Origin: Macrostomum lignano
Lineage: Eukaryota
Length of the DNA stretch: 64,000 bases
Direction of reading: 5' to 3'
Assembly: GCA_002269645.1 (NCBI GenBank)
Contig: NIVC01000173.1
Location: 310,001 to 374,000 of the forward strand
Shown: positions 52,325 to 64,000 of the stretch, in pieces
Layout: every line of letters starts with the position of its first letter
Position numbering within the stretch: position 1 is the stretch's first letter
The notes under the pieces: generated by a model
Databases searched by the model: none
What the model was told of the DNA's origin: nothing
The model's input: only the letters and a program-made list of their open reading frames with translations
Made by a program: the position numbers and the translations under genes

Positions 52325-53270
52325 CAGGGGCGTCGCCACCGGGGTGGGACATGTCCCCCCCAGTAAAAGATATGGGGGGCATGCCAATGCTTTGTCCCCC
52401 CCCCCACCCAACTTTTTGTCCCGTTATGGAAATCAAAAATTCAATTTAGGGCGACAAAATATAACGCCTGCGGCGCCAAAATGAGTGCTTTCTGCGCAAA
52501 AATGTGTCTGCGGTGCTAAAATGAGTGCCTGCGGTGCTAAAATGAGTGCCTGCGGTGCTAAAATGAGTGCCTGCGGTGCTAAAATGAGTGCCTGCGGTGC
52601 TAAAATGAGTGCCTGCGGTGCTAAAATGAGTGCCTGCGGTGCTAAAATGAGTGCCTGCGGCGCTAAAATGAGTGCCTGCGGCACCAAAATGAGTGCCTGT
52701 GGCGCTAAAATGAGTGCCTGCGGCGCCAAAATGAGTGCTTTCTGCGCCAAAATGTGTCTGCGGTGCTAAAATGAGTGCCTGCGGCGCTAAAATGAGTGCC
52801 TGCGGCGCTAAAATGAGTGCCTGCGGCGCCAAAATGAGTGCCTGCGGCGCCAAAATGAGTGCCTGCGGCGCTAAAATGAGTGCCTGCGGCGCTAAAATGA
52901 GTGCCTGCGGCGCCAAAATGAGTGCCTGCGGCGCCAAAATGAGTGCCTGCGGCGCCAAAATGAGTACCTTTGGCGCCAAAATGAGTGCTTTCTGTGCCAA
53001 AATGAGTGCTTTCTGTGCCAAAATGTGTCTGCGGCGCCAAAATGAGTGCCTGCGGCGCCAAAATGAGTGTCTGTGGTGCTAAAATGAGTGTCTACGGCGC
53101 CAAAATGAATGTCTGCGGCGCCAAAATGAGTGCCTGCGGCGCCAAAATGAGTGCTTTCTGCGCCAAAATGAGTGCCTGCGGCGCTAAAATGTACATAAAT
53201 AAAATGTACATGTACATATAGAATTCTTGGATTTGTCCCCCCCACCATAAAATCCATGGAGACGCCCCTG
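52325..53270. mobile_element. MITE-like non-autonomous element with CAGGGG terminal inverted repeats and an internal 21-bp minisatellite
   Basis: CAGGGGCGTCGCCA (52325-52338) vs the reverse complement of TGGAGACGCCCCTG (53257-53270): 13/14 match. CTGCTGG occurs near both flanks (imperfect TSD). Confidence 0.65.
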
Positions 53271-54472
53271 CTGCTGGTATAACTTCTAGCACTAGAGGAG
53301 GCCGAGGGAATGCTTATAAAAATATGCCATAATTAGTACTACTTAGCATAGCAGTGATTTTGTTCTATATAATAATTTCTCGCGAAATCTCAGGTGAAAG
53401 TAAACCGTTATTCGCAAAAGCCAGGCGTTGCTTCACCGAAAGCTTGTTTTGGCTATTGCGAGACTGGGCGGAACTGATTGAATGTAAAAGTTAAAAAACA
53501 TTTTCCTCCATCATTTTTTCTAAACTGGTTTGCGAGCTGCTGCATGCCCTCGAAATCCGATTGTCTCTGAATTTTATAGACGATTGAATTTCAAAGACGG
53601 ATCGACTTGAAAGGGAAAAACGTCTTGATGCCAAAGCACGCAATTATTAAATGGCTAGTCACTCTTTTTTTGCGAATTAGCTAAGCTTTCAAAGGTGGAA
53701 AATGCACGATGTCCTAGCGCAATAGTACAGTCAATTTTAACAAAAAATGAATTACATTATTACAGGATTTGCGATTTAGGGATAGTAATCATAATCAATG
53801 CTATTAATTAAAATCGTGCGTAATTAAAGCCGATACTAAAAGAGTGTAACCTTTATTCGCGTTTAATTAAAAGGAACTCTTTTATTAAAGGGACTGCAAT
53901 TGATTAAAAGGATGATAAAGTGTGGATTCGGTCTTTTTATGGCGCAATTAAGTCGATAAGGTTTAGGTTCAGATTGTCAGTCATAAAAGCGAGATTTACT
54001 CCGATCCGGACTGTATAGATATAGGTCTGTTTAATTTTTTAAGAAATCTAAAACTAATACTGTAAGTACTTTAACTTACTGTCTTTTTCAGGTTCTTTAT
54101 AAGGTCTTTGTTCAGAAGATCTAGCTCCCGGTTGGTTTTTAGTTAAATTTTTAACTTTTCTAAATTTGAAATTCTACTCAAATTATCAAATTATTTATTT
54201 ACTATTTTCGTTATAATATATTATAAAAATAATGTAAATACAAGTTTATTTTGATAGCCCGTGTTATTAAATTGTTAAAGAATAATAGCAGTAACATTAA
54301 ATCTAAATCGTAATAATATAAGCATTAATGTTAATCCCGAAATTCATTGACGATCAGTATTCATTTTTATTACTTTTGTCATTCTTGTTATTCTTTAAAG
54401 AAAAATACGGTAATATTTGAAGGTCAGACACAGCTATTTATCAATACCAAGACCCTCTGATTCCTCATGCAG

Positions 54473-54601
54473 ATTCTGGATTAACAAATACCCGGAAGCA
54501 TTTGAAGCGAACAAATCGCTGGCCCAGTTAGTTGAATCGTTTTTCGAGCGCGTCAATGCTAGAGACTTGGACGATGAAGCTGTGAATCTGGGCGACTGCA
54601 C
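54473..54601 (+). CDS. RASGRP: RasGRP-like exon 5 (end of REM)
   Basis: RFWINKYPEAF matches the REM 'RYWIxxFPxEF' motif. Phase 2/2. Confidence 0.87.
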
Positions 54602-54690
54602 GTGAGTTTTTAAACTTTTTTAAACTGCTAACTTGTCTGAAAATTGAACGCAATATTATCAGATATTCGTCGGAAATTAAAAAAAAACAG

Positions 54691-54841
54691 ATCTCGACGG
54701 CAATGGCTGCGTTTGGACTCATTAAAAAAGGCGAAGTCTTCGGGAGCTGCCGTGAACTCGCTGGTGTTTCACCAGCTGGAGGCTGAGCAACTGGCGGCCC
54801 AGTTAACTGTACTCGAATTCAAAGCGTTCAGTAGGATTCGA
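54691..54841 (+). CDS. RASGRP: RasGRP-like exon 6 (start of CDC25/RasGEF domain)
   Basis: SLVFHQLEAEQLAAQLTVLEFKAFSRI matches RasGRP SLLFDHLEPxELxEHLTYLEFxSFxRI. Confidence 0.9.
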
Positions 54842-54899
54842 GTGAGTGATTAAAACTGTTTCAATTGGAAAGCATGGTGGGTTAGGGGGCTTCATGTTG

Positions 54900-55400
54900 G
54901 GCACAGACAGGGGAGTGGGATGGGTATAGCTGCTGGAACGGGGAGAGTGGGTTGGTTGGCTGCTGGGGCAAGGAGGGGGAGTGGGGTGGAGGCTGCTGGG
55001 GCAAGAGGGGGAGTGGGGTGGGTGGCTTCTGGGACAAGAGGGGGAGTGGGGTGGGTGGCTTCTGGGACAAGAGGGGAAGTGGGGTGGGTGGCTGCTGGGA
55101 CAAGAGGGGGAGTGGGTGGCTGCTGCTGGGGCAAGAGGGGGAGTGGAGTGGGTAGCTGCTGGGACAAGAGGGGGAGTGGGGTGGGTGGCTGCTGGGACAA
55201 GAGGGGGAGTGGGGTGGCTGCTGCTGGGGCAAGAGGGGGAGTGGAGTGGGTAGCTGCTGGGACAAGAGTGGGAGTGGAGTGGGTAGCTGCTGGGACAAGA
55301 GGGGGAGTGGGGTGGGTGGCTGCTGGGACAAGAGGGGGAGTGGGGTGGGTGGCTGCTGTAGCGAGAGGAAAGTAGAGTGGGGGTAAGGGGACAGGGAAGG
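54900..55400. repeat. G-rich ~33-bp minisatellite (GCTGCTGGGACAAGAGGGGGAGTGGGGTGGGTG)
   Basis: In RasGRP intron 6. Confidence 0.92.
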
Positions 55401-55587
55401 GATCTGTGGCTCACAGAAACACACGGGTTAAATCAGCTGCACTGACTTTATTTTTGTTAACACTTTATCACAATAGTCAATATAAAGTACTAAAATAGGT
55501 ATTACGAGCGCATAAAGGTAATCGCATTAACTTAATTAACAATTTTATGTAGCTCGTATCAAGTTTCAATTTTATTTAAACATTCAG

Positions 55588-55761
55588 CTAACAGACCTGA
55601 AGCGCTACTCAACTGGTGAAAGTCTACGCAGCAGTCCAAGCCTGGAAAGATCGGTGTCACTATTCAATGGGCTATCCCAGTGGGTCCAGTGCATGATACT
55701 TAGCAAAGCGACTCCAGCTGAGAGGGCTCGAGTCGTAGCCAAGTTTTTGGAAGTTGCTGAG
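55588..55761 (+). CDS. RASGRP: RasGRP-like exon 7 (CDC25)
   Basis: LERSVSLFNGLSQWVQCMILSKATPAERARVVAKFLEVAE is the RasGEF core (FNxxSxWV). Confidence 0.93.
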
Positions 55762-55914
55762 GTTTGCATTTTCTTAATTAATTATTAATTTTTCAAATTA
55801 TTGGTTTCAAAGCTTTCTACCAACACTCGTACTATATGTACAGAGTGTGTCTTAAGTAGCTTGATCCTAGGTTGTTTGATGCTTGATAGTTAATAAAAAC
55901 CTGAGCAAGCACGG

Positions 55915-56135
55915 AGCGCGTGATTCAAGGTCGTTACATTCTTGATAGATAAACACAGCAGAGCTAGCACAGGGCAAGTGATTCAAGGTCGTTACATTCT
56001 TGATACACAGTAGAGCACGCACAGGGCACGTGATTCAAGGTCGTTACATTATTGATACACAGTAGAGCACGCACAGGGCACGTGATTCAAGGTCGTTACA
56101 TTCTTGATAGATAAACAAACCAGAGCACGCATAGA
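55915..56135. repeat. Four-copy ~51-59-bp tandem repeat (GTGATTCAAGGTCGTTACATTCTTGAT...)
   Basis: The core recurs at about 55920, 55978, 56031 and 56082. Confidence 0.85.
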
Positions 56136-56246
56136 GAGCGTGCTTTTAGGTCAAGCATTTGATTGACAAGAAAAGTATGAGGAAACGTATTATTGACCAA
56201 CATATTCGCGCGACAAAGTTGTCCTTAACTAAACCTGTCCCTGAAG

Positions 56247-56363
56247 GAGCTGCACAGAATCCGCAACTATAACACGCTGATGGCCGTTATCGGAGGCCTC
56301 ACCCACAGCTCCATAGCCAGGCTGAGCAAAACTCATGCCTGCCTATCGCAGAGGTCGCAAAAG
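56247..56363 (+). CDS. RASGRP: RasGRP-like exon 8 (CDC25)
   Basis: ELHRIRNYNTLMAVIGGLTHSSIARLSKTH carries the NFNTLMAVVGGLxHSSIxRL motif. Confidence 0.94.
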
Positions 56364-56444
56364 GTGAGTTCACAAGTGCTGACTGACTCTACGCAACCTC
56401 GCATGTAACTTGTGGCAATATCAGCCAAAAAATACGTCTTGCAG

Positions 56445-56545
56445 ATGCTTATCGACTTTGTGGAACTGCTAGCCTCATCAAACAATTTTCACACCTATCG
56501 CAAGGAATACGCGGATGTGCCGCAGGACTTTAAGATTCCGATACT
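56445..56545 (+). CDS. RASGRP: RasGRP-like exon 9 (CDC25)
   Basis: ELLASSNNFHTYRKEYADVPQDFKIPIL. Phase 0 in, phase 2 out. Confidence 0.92.
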
Positions 56546-56636
56546 GTAAGTCTCGTGTAAGAATAATTGAACACAATAATACAGTTTCTGTCCAAGGAAT
56601 TATATATTCTGCAAAGAATCTATTCACTTAAAACAG

Positions 56637-56820
56637 AGCGGTGCACCTGAAAGATCTCATCCAGATGAGCGTAGCCCTGCCAGATACGGTTGGGGACAAT
56701 GACCAGATGATCAACTGGCGCAAAGTCAGCCAGCTTGGCCTGACTGTGTCGGTGCTTCGAACGGCTCAGCGATTGCTGCTGCCAGTGGAAGAAAACCAGG
56801 ATCTGTGCAACACACTTCGG
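56637..56820 (+). CDS. RASGRP: RasGRP-like exon 10 (CDC25)
   Basis: AVHLKDLIQMSVALPD...MINWRK carries the GVHLKDL helical-hairpin motif. Confidence 0.92.
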
Positions 56821-56889
56821 GTGCGTTCGAAGTACGCTTGTAACTTGGGAATAGAATGCATGCATGATGCTCATTATGACTGTTTTCAG

Positions 56890-56967
56890 TTGTCGCTGGA
56901 CTGCCACTATACTGAGGACGACATCTACGAGGTGTCGCTTCTCAGAGAGCCGCGAAGTCTTCTGTCT
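56890..56967 (+). CDS. RASGRP: RasGRP-like exon 11 (end of CDC25)
   Basis: LSLDCHYTEDDIYEVSLLREPR matches RasGRP LSLDxxYTEDEIYELSxAREPR. Confidence 0.92.
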
Positions 56968-57057
56968 GTAAGTCTGGCTAACTTCGGAACCATATGATGC
57001 TTCATTCTTTGTTTGAGGCTAATTTTTTTAGATTTCGTTGCTGAATGAAAATTTTAG

Positions 57058-57159
57058 CCATCGACGCCAACCAAGCCGGTTGTGTTTGCGCAGTGGGTGT
57101 CCGGGTCGAAACCGCCGCATCCGGAGACTCTGCGGCGGCATATCTGCGATATGGTGGAG
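57058..57159 (+). CDS. RASGRP: RasGRP-like exon 12 (linker)
   Basis: PSTPTKPVVFAQWVSG...TLRRHICDMVE matches the RasGRP PVVxxDWASG...KHxxxMV linker. Confidence 0.9.
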
Positions 57160-57204
57160 GTGAGAATTTTATAATTGAGGTGGAAAATGAAGCTTAACTG
57201 AAGA

Positions 57205-57745
57205 CAGACTAGATAGCGGAGTGAGGTGGGGCTTGACGGGGCAGACTGGATAGCGGAGTGAGGTGGGGCTTGACGGGGCAGACTGGATAGCGGAGTGAGA
57301 TGGGGTTTGACGGGGCAGACTGGATAGCGGAGTGAGGTGGGGCTTGACGGGGCAGACTGGATAGCGGAGTGAGATGGGGTTTGACGGGGCAGACTGGATA
57401 GCGGAGTGAGGTGGGGCTTGACGGGGCAGACTAGATAGCGGAGTGAAATGGGGCTTGACGGGGCAGACTAGATAGCGGAGTGAGGTGGGGCTTGACGGGG
57501 CAGACTAGATAGCGGAGTGAGGTGGGGTTTGACGGGGCAGACTGGATAGCGGAGTGAGGTGGGGCTTGACGGGGCAGACTAGATAGCGGAGTGAAATGGG
57601 GCTTTACGGGGCAGACTGGATAGCGGAGTGAGGTGGGGCTTGACGAGGCAGACTGGATAGCGGAGTGAGGTGGGGTTTGACGGGGCAGACTGGATAGCGG
57701 AGTGAGGTGGGGCTTGACGAGGCAGACTGGATAGCGGAGCGAGTC
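57205..57745. repeat. 37-bp minisatellite (GATAGCGGAGTGAGGTGGGGCTTGACGGGGCAGACTG)
   Basis: In RasGRP intron 12. Confidence 0.95.
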
Positions 57746-57830
57746 GGGATTCTAAATTTGAACATATTCAGGTAGATAATTAAACGTCGACAGCCTTCAC
57801 TCAGAAACAATTCAATACCTCTCCATTTAG

Positions 57831-57946
57831 GCTGTATTCAAGGTCTACGATCACGATCGAGATGACATGATTTCCGAGAAGGAATTCGAAGAGATTGCGG
57901 AAAATTTTCCTTTTATCGACTCGTTTGCAGTGCTAGATGCCGACAA
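57831..57946 (+). CDS. RASGRP: RasGRP-like exon 13 (EF-hand 1 and start of EF-hand 2)
   Basis: AVFKVYDHDRDDMISEKEFEEIAENFPF...VLDAD(N). Confidence 0.93.
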
Positions 57947-58992
57947 GTGAGTTATGAAGCTATTTTTAATTAATTCAGCGGCAGGAGTTTCAGTCGTTGC
58001 AATTTGATTAATTGGGTGCGAAAAGGAAACTAAGAAAAATAAATCAATTTTTAATTTTCGAGGCACTGCTTTTAATTAAATATCGTTGACAGCTTTTCTA
58101 AGAAATCTAATTAAAATCGACGAGGAAGCAAAACCGGGACGGATAAATTTTAGCCTGTCCGGTTATTTCACTTTTATTTCTATCCGTTTTCTTTTTCACA
58201 CCATGCTCGTGCTTTTTAATTTGATTCATTAATTTGACATTGTATAGCCTGCGGTCCTTTCCTGACCTTTCGCAAACATATTAAATAGACAGTGAAAAGA
58301 GGAATATGGTAAATAGACTGCCTGATCGTTGAAGACTTGAAAGGGGTTCTGAACTCCTGTCAGACGCAGAGCGCATGCATGTAATCAGGCAGTTCACTAA
58401 AAAAGTCAACAGAAAGTTTTTTCTTATTGGTTCAGCCGGGATTCAACTGACACCTTATAGTTAGCAAGAAATTTATCGGAATCCATGCTTCGCACGGTTC
58501 ACAGGGGGGGGGGGTTGGGCACGCACTCACACACCGAGCACGGCAGACACACACACTCACGCAAAGGTGTGGGCGAGAATTTTACACGTCCCAAATACAA
58601 TGCAATTGTGACTACGCTCTGTATAGAACGCGAGTAATTTGTCGCGTGCACGAGTCGGACTCGTTGCCACTGAGGTACTCCGCTCTCCCCATCTTTTAGG
58701 CTACCTTCTCAAAGGCTGAGAAAGCCGCTGGGTTGCATCGAGAACTGAGGATGAGAAAGGCATAAAGTTTTGAATCGATAGTTAACACCGAGGAAAAGGG
58801 GATTGAGCAGCAGCTCAGCGGGTAAACTCGTCGAACCCTCACGTCACGATCCCTGGCTCGACAGTATTGGCTCGCTTGTATGATGCTCAGGAGTCAGCGG
58901 AATAAATAAATAATAAATAAATAAATAGCACTAAAGGTATCCCAGTCATAATCGTTCATTCAATCAGTAATTTCTCATTTCAAACAACACAG

Positions 58993-59333
58993 CGACGGAA
59001 TGATCTCTAAAACCGAACTCAACGACTACTTCATCCGGGCGAATTCGCACGCGCTGAAGAGCAGCTTCAAGCACGACTTCCACGAGACGTCCTACTTCAA
59101 GCCGACCTTCTGCGACCGCTGCACCGGCCTGTTGTGGGGCCTCATCAAGCAGGGATGGAAGTGTCGCGGTTGCGGCATCAACGTTCACAAGCACTGCAAG
59201 GACACCGTTGTCATGGAGTGCCGGACCAGGACTTCCACGACGGGACAGCAAAGTGGCAGCGGCAGCGGCGGCGGGGCAGGCGGCGGTGGCAGCCAGACGC
59301 GTGGAGGAGGCGGACCCGGCAATGCGGCAGACG
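58993..59333 (+). CDS. RASGRP: RasGRP-like exon 14 (EF-hand 2, C1 zinc finger)
   Basis: DGMISKTELNDYFIRA, then HDFHETSYFKPTFCDRCTGLLWGLIKQGWKCRGCGINVHKHCKDTVVMEC with the complete HX12CX2CX13CX2CX4HX2CX7C pattern. Confidence 0.95.
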
Positions 59334-59539
59334 GTGAGCAGTTGGAAGCAGATGCTGCTGAACTGGGCTTTATTGGGACGTTTACGAGAATTTGGGAGGC
59401 TCGAAGAACACTTTTTCCCGTGACATAAAAATTTAGAGTCTAATAGAGACTACTAAGCTATGAGCGTAGTAGACTGTCCAAATTGAATCTCTGATGTTTA
59501 TAATGAATCGCTATAGTGGCTAAATTCAGCTTTGTTTGA

Positions 59540-60182
<643 letters not shown>

Positions 60183-60693
60183 AAGTGTCAGTGGAGCATC
60201 CTGGCGCAACGCCTTCGGCGGCAACGCCTGACAACCAACGCCCATTCCCCTGCCCATTCTCCTGACTGCCTGAGCACATGCAAGCACATCAATACATTAA
60301 GCAGGTCGCACTCATACACGCTCACACAGGGTGTATGGAGACATTTCCCGTCAGAGCCCAGGGTCAAAATAGGATCAGGATATAAACGCAACTGTTTCAA
60401 CTGTTCCGACAAGTTTTCGACGCACTCATCGGTTTGACCCTGAGCTTTTCTGTGGGTTCAAATTTAGCGTTTAGTTTTGGGTTGAGTTTAAGTTCCATCG
60501 ATCCACATCCAATGTTTAACTGATCGGGGATTTGAAATAGCAAAGAAAAAACTTGAAGCAGTACAAGTGTAAGTGGTGGGTACCATAAAACCGAACGTAC
60601 AAAATGCACACTACAGCTTGAAATAATCTTCAGAAGACCCAAATCATGTCAGTTGGTCGTGTAATTGCATGTCCAATTAACCTTTCGTTACAG

Positions 60694-61088
60694 GCTCCAC
60701 CGCGCCTGCATCGATGTCATCTCTAGGTGCTGGAAGCAGCCAGACAGGCAGCGTCTTGACCGGAACTGCGTCTGGAACCGGTACAAGCGTTCGAACTGGC
60801 AACAGTAGGGACAGCAGTGCCCGCTCTAGACGTCGGTCTCAACAACAGCAAAACCATCATCAGCAGCAGCAGCAATCGCAGCAGCATTCAACCGTTTCAG
60901 CGACACCTTCTGGTCTGTCGGCTCAGGAGAAAGCAATCCAAACCGACGCCTGTCGATGCTGCCACGGCGCCGGCGGTGCCGTCACCGACACTGTCGACGG
61001 AAGCAGCGCCGGGGAGTCGCCGTCGCCGAGGTCGCCGAATTCGCCGTTGGGCGACTATGATGAAGCAGCTAAGAGGAAGCTGACCAGC
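60694..61088 (+). CDS. RASGRP: RasGRP-like exon 15 (S/T/Q-rich tail)
   Basis: Overlaps ORF 60714..61097. Acceptor TTACAG| (phase 1), donor AGC|GTGAGT. Confidence 0.75.
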
Positions 61089-62638
61089 GTGAGTTAATTA
61101 ACCCTTGCTGTTGAAATCTGGGAAACTGCTATTTGAGAAACCAGCCAGGGAACACTGATAAGATATGCGAGGGAATTTATAAAATAAATATTCCCAATCG
61201 TTAGGCCAAGGGCTACTCAATTAGGAGGACGGGAAAATTGTTATTGCTATTTTGATAGGAGGCAGATCCAAAGTTCATCTTTTGATATGTTGTGCCTTTC
61301 TTGTTGTTTTATCGATATTCATAAAGCTTTTTGTTCACAATTAGCCCCAAACAGCATGTACGCTCGTACGTGTAATTGTGATCAAAAACTCGAAATTTTG
61401 TACATAATCATCATTGAAAAGTCTATACAGTTTCAAATTTTGCTCCCAGAGTTTACCAACTGATTGATATAGTAAATTATCATTTCATGTCGCATTGCCA
61501 CGTGAGCTATGACTTGTCTATCTACAGGCAATATCTTGCTAAAACAATTTTCATTATTTGAATTGGTCGCCCCATGGATACATTTATGGACAAGACTTTG
61601 GAGAAAAAAAGCTTTAATCAACCTGTTTTTAGAAATTATAAACTCAAATCTGTAACGAATCCACTTCAAGTTAAATCCAAGCATTTATCAATTTATTTTT
61701 AGATCAGGGATTTTTTCGTTTACACCCCGTTTCCAATTCTATTTTTGAACTATATTTGTATGGGAAATCGATCTGATAAACAATCAGTTAGTGAATAAAT
61801 AGTCAAAATCTTTAAGTCGCATCCGTCCCAAAGCCAGACAGGGCCATGCTGAGTCAATAAGGGCCTTTCTTTGAGTTCTAAATTTATCTCTGCGTCGCAC
61901 AGATTGTTTGCTCAATTTTAGACCTCGAAGATGGTTACCTAGATAGATTTTCTGGCTTTCCTGAGAACAGTCAAAGTGTAATCACCTGATAAGTGACGGT
62001 TTGAAGTGACTGTTATATAGTGCATTTTGTTGGTGGCTATAAATAAAGTACATGCATGCAACAGCTGTAAATGTAGTCTTACGAGTTATACGGATCGCAG
62101 CTGTGGAGATGCAGTCAGGCGAGCCATGCAGTATCTTCGTGTCTTTACTGGGGACACCACCCGATGGCTGCAGTGTGGTGAGGCATTATTGCATTTGACT
62201 GGCTCCAAAGCTATAATGTTGTCTGTTACACACTGAGCTAAGAATGACAAAACAGATATAGAACTATAATGAGCCGAGCCGTGCAAATTTTAATGGTTCC
62301 TTTCAATGCATGATTGTATACGTAGAATAAAAAATTAACATAGAATCCTGATTTTCTAAAGAAAGCCACAACTTAGCTGAACATTGGGTCTGCTGCAATG
62401 TCGATCAAGCTGCGATTCCTGGAATAATAAAATATAATTAAGTAAACAATAATTTACACGCAGCTGATTGTAGTTTTAAATTAACTATATCTACAGAGCA
62501 TCTTATAGTCCTTGCTATATGACTAAGAGTTATTTTATTATATTATACTTTACTGCCCGAACTAATAGCAAATTCAATTAGTTCAGGGTTATAAATCATC
62601 CTGCAGTATAAAATTGCCCCCCAACCCCACTCCCCCAG

Positions 62639-62809
62639 GAGAACAATCAGCTTCGCGCAGAGGCTCAGAGCCTTCGCCAGCAGGTACAAACGCAGTCGGA
62701 GGTGATCGCCAAGTTACGCGACGAAATCGCGAACATGCGACAGCAGACGGTCAGCTTCATATTGAAGCAGATGGACACGCTGCAGATGCAGCAGAACTCA
62801 GAGGTGTAG
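62639..62809 (+). CDS. RASGRP: RasGRP-like terminal exon (coiled coil, ends ...QNSEV*)
   Basis: Acceptor CCCCCAG| in phase 0. ENNQLRAEAQSLRQQVQTQSEVIAKLRDEIANM shows a heptad pattern. Stop TAG at 62807-62809. Confidence 0.75.
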   Translation, partial: ENNQLRAEAQSLRQQVQTQSEVIAKLRDEIANMRQQTVSFILKQMDTLQMQQNSEV

Positions 62810-63379
62810 CTGAGAATTGTCCGCCGCTGCTGCTGAGCTACAAGACTTGACACAAATTGTTAAGCGTCACCGCATTCCCTGTTCGTGATCTTCATCTGTC
62901 CCGCTCTCCCCTCTCCGTGTTGTCAATAATTGTTTTTTTCGTTTTGTGATCGACCGCATTTTGTTATTGCTATATAATTCGATTTTTCTGTCTTTTCCAT
63001 GCAACCATACGACGTACATGTACATGTATGTACTGTACACAATACTTCACCTGCACACTCATCGGGCCTTCAGGAGATTTGAATGTTTCAAGAGGCTCAA
63101 TATACCCATACTTATTTTTTTAGGTTTATGTGTATAGATTTAATAAACATTAGCTATACTTTCCCATTGTACACGTATAGTCGTATCCGGTAACAATGAA
63201 AACAAAAAACACACTAGTCATGGTAATTGTGCAGTAAAATATATAAATCCATTTGCGCTGTTTTTGGTTGTTCGTGGTAATTTAACTCATGCTTGTCTCC
63301 TGACTTAGTGGTAGTTATACTTACTAGTAATAAAGATGTTGATCCATCTTAAATTAAAGTGAGCTGGTGATATAGGGGT

Positions 63380-63905
63380 AAGATGGAGTAAGGTGGTGGG
63401 GAAGGGGTATTAGAGTGGAGTGAGGTGGTGGGAAAGGGGTAGGATAGAGTGAGGTGGTGGGGAAGGGGTACCAGAGTGGAGTGAGGTGGTGGGAAAGGGG
63501 TAGGATAGAGTGAGGTGGTGGGGAAGGGGTACCAGAGTGGAGTGAGGTGGTGGGAAAGGGGTAGGATAGAGTGAGGTGGTGGGGAAGGGGTAGGATAGTG
63601 GAGTGAGGTGGTAGGAAAGGGGTAGGAGAGTAGAGTGAGGTGGTGGGGAAGGGGTAGGAGAGTAGAGTGAGGTGGTGGGGAAGGGGTAGGAGAGTAGAGT
63701 GAGGTGGTGGGGAAGGGGTAGGATAGTGGAGTGAGGTGGTGGGGAAGGGGTAGGAGAGTGGAGTGAGGTGGTGGGGAAGGGGTAGGAGAGTGGAGTGAGG
63801 CGGTGGGGAAGGGGTAGGAGAGTGGAGTGAGGTGGTGGGGAAGGGGTAGGAGAGTGGAGTGAGGTGGTGGGGAAGGGGTACGAGAGTGGAATGAGGTGGT
63901 GGGCA
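63380..63905. repeat. G-rich ~32-bp minisatellite (GGAGTGAGGTGGTGGGGAAGGGGTAGGAGAGT)
   Basis: Downstream of the RasGRP stop codon. Confidence 0.93.
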
Positions 63906-64000
63906 AGGGGTAAGAAAGTTGACTGAAATGGAGGGAAAGGGTTAAGAGGGCTAACGTACATATTCAGTAATTATTCAGACATGCAAAAACAGTTTAAAGA

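Overview
Eukaryotic (animal) genomic DNA. GC-rich exons with poly-Q/G/A runs are separated by introns packed with mini- and microsatellites. This style resembles the free-living flatworm Macrostomum, but that is an inference and cannot be verified here. I spliced three + strand genes by hand, checking the reading-frame phase at every GT-AG junction. (1) An FMN/Cappuccino-subfamily formin, 5'-truncated by the window edge (<2..~17070), with a DEP-like domain, a coiled coil, FH1 and FH2. (2) A CEP170-family protein (18467..34809) with an N-terminal FHA domain, the LYGQPxWWG motif and a CEP170 C-terminal-like region. (3) A RasGRP/CalDAG-GEF (38365..62809) with REM, CDC25, two EF-hands, C1 and a coiled coil. 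Most long ORFs in the supplied track are translations of tandem repeats or antisense shadows of exons. The main leads are: an in-frame splice route that would fuse the formin FH2 to CEP170 (or alternatively an operon-like acceptor); a minisatellite carrying 24 copies of a real 5' splice site; an intronic array of U1-5'-end-like motifs; a ~1.4 kb inverted minisatellite spanning one intron; a 7.6 kb satellite with higher-order structure; and a general pattern of one different array starting just after each splice donor. No rRNA, tRNA, CRISPR or prokaryotic features are supported.
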